Source: Octopus vulgaris
Taxonomy: Eukaryota
Assembly (NCBI GenBank): GCA_951406725.2
Contig: OX597837.1
Span: 44,888,001 to 44,952,000 of the forward strand
DNA: 64,000 bases
Direction: 5' to 3'
The notes below the pieces were generated by a model, which was not told where the DNA came from, ran no database searches, and worked only from the letters and a program-made list of their open reading frames with translations. This document shows, one piece after another, positions 60,094 to 64,000 of this stretch; the stretch's first letter is position 1, and each line of letters starts with the position of its first letter. Position numbers and translations under genes: made by a program.

Positions 60094-61000
60094 ATATGTG
60101 TGCATGTATTTATGTGTGTGTGTGAGTGTATGCGAACTGGAGCAGATTCGATCGATTGCATCTCCCCCAACACCACCTTACCTCCTTACACGTCTGTTGC
60201 CTTCTGCCAATTCCAGACACCATTATCAATGTCTGCCCTCCTGTCGTCATCACCATCACCATCGCCACCATCATCGTCACCACCATCATCATCAACATCC
60301 TCATCATCAACATCCTCATCATCATCATCGTCATCATCACCACCATCATCGTCACCACCATCTTCGTCACCACCTTCATCATCACCATCACCATCATCAT
60401 CATCATCATCATCCTAATCCTCATCACAGTCGTCATCATCATCATCTTCATCATCATCATCTTCTTCATCATCATCATCTCATCATCATCATCATCATCA
60501 TCGTCGTCGTCGTCGTCATCATCACCATCATCATCATCATCATCACCACCACCATCATCATCATCATCTTACGCATCAACATCATGTCCGCAGCACCACC
60601 TGCAGCAGCAAGTAACGACAACAGCAGGTGCAACTGCACACAACAGCACCACACGCTTGTTCTATTTACAGGTAGATTGCACCTTGATGCATCAGTCTGC
60701 ATCACCTGACGCAGATATTGTTGAAACAAAATCACTTTGTTTACGTAGATTAGCACCGAAAAAATACCCAGGCTCCACCCTTTACTCGTGCCTAGTTTAC
60801 TCGTCTGCACCACTGGCTGAACCCCTTCTTGGCCCCACTAAGAAAAAAATTAAAAAGAAAACGTTGCTATAGCATCCTTAGATTTGCTAGAAATAACAGT
60901 CAAATATTTCTTAAATTATACATTTGTTGTCTTAGAAAAAGAAGGGCAGGTTGGTTACTGTTGCTGTCAACCTATCTATCTATCTATCTATCTATCTATA

Positions 61001-61093
<93 letters not shown>

Positions 61094-61196
61094 TTATCTA
61101 TCTATCTATCCATCTATATATCTTTCTGTGTCTATATGTCTGGGCAGAAACCCTTGTTAATTAATGCTACGCAAAAGTTATTCAAAGTAGTGGCAG

Positions 61197-61244
<48 letters not shown>

Positions 61245-61245
61245 C

Positions 61246-61297
<52 letters not shown>

Positions 61298-61311
61298 ACA
61301 GTAGTAGTAAC

Positions 61312-61352
<41 letters not shown>

Positions 61353-61365
61353 CAGCAGTAGCAGC

Positions 61366-61433
<68 letters not shown>

Positions 61434-61680
61434 AAGTCAACAAAAAACCTTTACCCATCATCCTGTTGTCCCGCAAGAAATAGCAGCTAGATCTCTTTAC
61501 AAATTTTATGTATATACACCTACATAACTACCTGCCTACCTGTCTACCTGTCTACCTACCTAACTACTTACCTATCTACCTACAATCTATACATATACAC
61601 AAGCATGCATACAAACATATAGATAGATACATACATATATACGTTCATACATGCACACACACGTACACATACGCGCGCAT

Positions 61681-61766
<86 letters not shown>

Positions 61767-62321
61767 TAGACAATGTGATTCTTATACAGTGAACGCGACG
61801 AACGAAGGGATGGTCGATGCTGGAACGTTTTCTTAATTGCCTGTTTAATCAAACTTTACCTGAAGATAAACCAGTAGTAGTAGTAGTAGTAGTAGTAGTT
61901 GCAACAGCCATTTCCAGCGGATTTGGCAGCTATCGTAATGTCTTCTTCCCTCTCCAGGGTCACAGCCGGCCAAGGTTGATAATGTATTTCAATTGTATTT
62001 TTTATCTTTCATTTATATATATGTATAATTAGTTACGAGTCAATAAAACCTAGGTACATCAGCACGTAGGACGCCAGAAATGGCTAGGTACAATAACATG
62101 CGTTTCTCAGTGACATAAAACAACAATAAAGTATCAAATTTCGAAGGGAATGAAAAACATAAACATTTACCATCTATCTCCTGGACCAAGTAATGCCGGC
62201 ATTATTTTATTTGCTGCCGACAAAAAAGACTGCGCTTGCACGGTGGATTTGAAAAATTATAATATATAACCACGGGACACATGCTGGTTTGCCTCGTATT
62301 TATATGTTTAATCTAGGCGTA

Positions 62322-62391
62322 CCTGTTGATGAAGACTTCGCCTAGCAAATCATTTTATTTGCTAACATAAAGTCAGAAACCATGGTCCAGG
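62322..62391 (+). ncRNA. Type I hammerhead-like motif with extended helix II
   Basis: CCTG-TTGATGA-AGACTT..TAGCAAAT catttt ATTTGCTA..AAGTCA-GAA-ACCATGGT-C-CAGG. Confidence 0.6.
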
Positions 62392-62564
62392 AGATAGATG
62401 GTAAATGTTTTTATTTTTCATTCCTTTCGAAATTTGTCCCTAATAGAGGTTTGGATTTTAGCTGTTCCTTCAAGCGTGCCAGGTACCCTATGATAGATAC
62501 CTCTTATGTGTTTAAATGGACACTGTATTTATATATATATATATACATCTTTTAGATGTTTCAA

Positions 62565-62727
62565 GGCGGAGGAGTGACTGCATGGTAAGCAGCTTGCTTG
62601 CGAACCACATGGTTCCGGGTTCAGTTCCACTGCGTGGCACCTGAGGCAAGTGTCTTCTACTATAGCCTCGGCCCGACCAAAGCCTTGTGAGTGGACTTCG
62701 TTGACGGAAACTGAAAGAAGCCTGTCG

Positions 62728-62803
<76 letters not shown>

Positions 62804-63010
62804 TGTGTCTGTGTTTGTCTCCCCAACATCGCTTAACAACCGATGCTGGTGTGTTTACGTCTCGGTAACTTAGCGGTTCGGCATAAGAGACCGATAGGAA
62901 TAAGTACTAGGCTTACAAACGAATAAGTCCTGGGGTCGATTTGCTCGACTAAAGTCGGTGCTCCAGCATGGCCACAGTCAAATGACTGAAACAAGTAAAA
63001 GAGTAAAAGA
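62565..63010 (+). mobile_element. SINE family B, full length
   Basis: tRNA-like head, internal (TA)n(TG)n, tail GGTGCTCCAGCATGGCCACAGTCAAATGACTGAAACAAGTAAAAGAG. Confidence 0.92.
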
Positions 63011-63604
63011 ATATAAGAATTATATAACATGAAGATGGATGATATTAGGTTTTTATAATAGATCACCTTGTTTGTTTCTGTCCTGCAAACCATATACCAT
63101 TACACGAGCTCTTTTTATTACAATTATTACAATATATTGGAATATTTTTTCAGCAACAGCCCTGCGTGGGCGCTTCGTCGGGTGGAATGTGATTAATCAT
63201 TTCCACCAGAGGCAGCACCTACATACGTCTTTTAACAGAGAGTAGATGATTTGTAGTTGTTTATGCCTTTAATGCCTTCTTCCGAGCCAACGACGCCTTC
63301 GTCCTTTTTTGCCTCCCGCTGAAAAACAAGAATCCGATACATTAGCTATTCTATTACTTGTGTCCATTCATCTTATCATAAACTCTTCTTTAGATTAATT
63401 GTTACCGAAGCTGATCTCCTGTATTGACTCTCCTTCTTCCTCTCCATCGACATAAGTAAACTGTTCGGCCAAAAAGAGATCCTATAGATTAAGAACCAGG
63501 CTTAGAAAATAAAATACACTGGAATCGATTCATTCGACTAAAGGTCTTCAAGGAGGCGCCCCAGCATGGCCGCAGTCGAAAACAAATAAAAAGTAAAAGA
63601 ATAT

Positions 63605-63894
63605 GACACGTGATCACGTGATTGACTGGACTAAGGGATGTTGTTATACATCACTGATCACAATGCGATTTGCATTGTTTCAGCTTTTCAATAATGCCAA
63701 CCCACTGGGTAGACGTGCAAGTGAATATTCCTTGTGATCTGAAGGCTATTTTGTTGCGGGGTTACCCGAACACAGCCGAGTGGAGTGGAGCATGTAAATG
63801 TTGTGCTCAAGAACATAATGCGACGTCCGGTCCAGGAGTCCGAACTCAGGATCTGGCGATAGTGAGTGTAACCCCTAAGTCACGTGCCTGCACC
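63605..63894 (-). mobile_element. Older SINE sharing its tail with family D
   Basis: GATGTTG.TACATC.CTG.TCACAATGCG.TT.GCATTG shared with 34025-34066; different middle section. Confidence 0.7.
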
Positions 63895-64000
63895 AGGAAA
63901 TTTACTCTCCTAGGCAGAAGTTCGGGCGAGGTTGTTTGTGTTAGGCCAGACTAGTGGTCGCCCATGCATACCAGACTCTACACTCCCCAAAAAGGAACAA

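Overview
AT-rich, extremely microsatellite-dense animal genomic DNA. It is most likely an octopus (coleoid cephalopod), judged from recall of the abundant tRNA-derived SINE families, not from a database search. No complete host protein-coding gene can be identified, and nearly all supplied ORFs are translations of (TA)n, (CA)n, (TACA)n, (TCTA)n or trinucleotide repeats. The window is an intronic/intergenic patchwork of: four SINE families, including a tandem array; decayed CR1, RTE and R4/Dong-type LINE fragments; an internally deleted mariner; several MITEs with TA or TTAA target duplications; and two non-autonomous Helitrons. The most interesting signal is a set of about ten degenerate minimal type I hammerhead-ribozyme-like motifs. 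Many lie in short Penelope-like non-coding elements inserted in (TA)n. They show helix I covariation between subfamilies and inverted-pair arrangements, and one truncated copy begins at the predicted self-cleavage site. A few isolated candidate exons with good splice signals are noted at low confidence.
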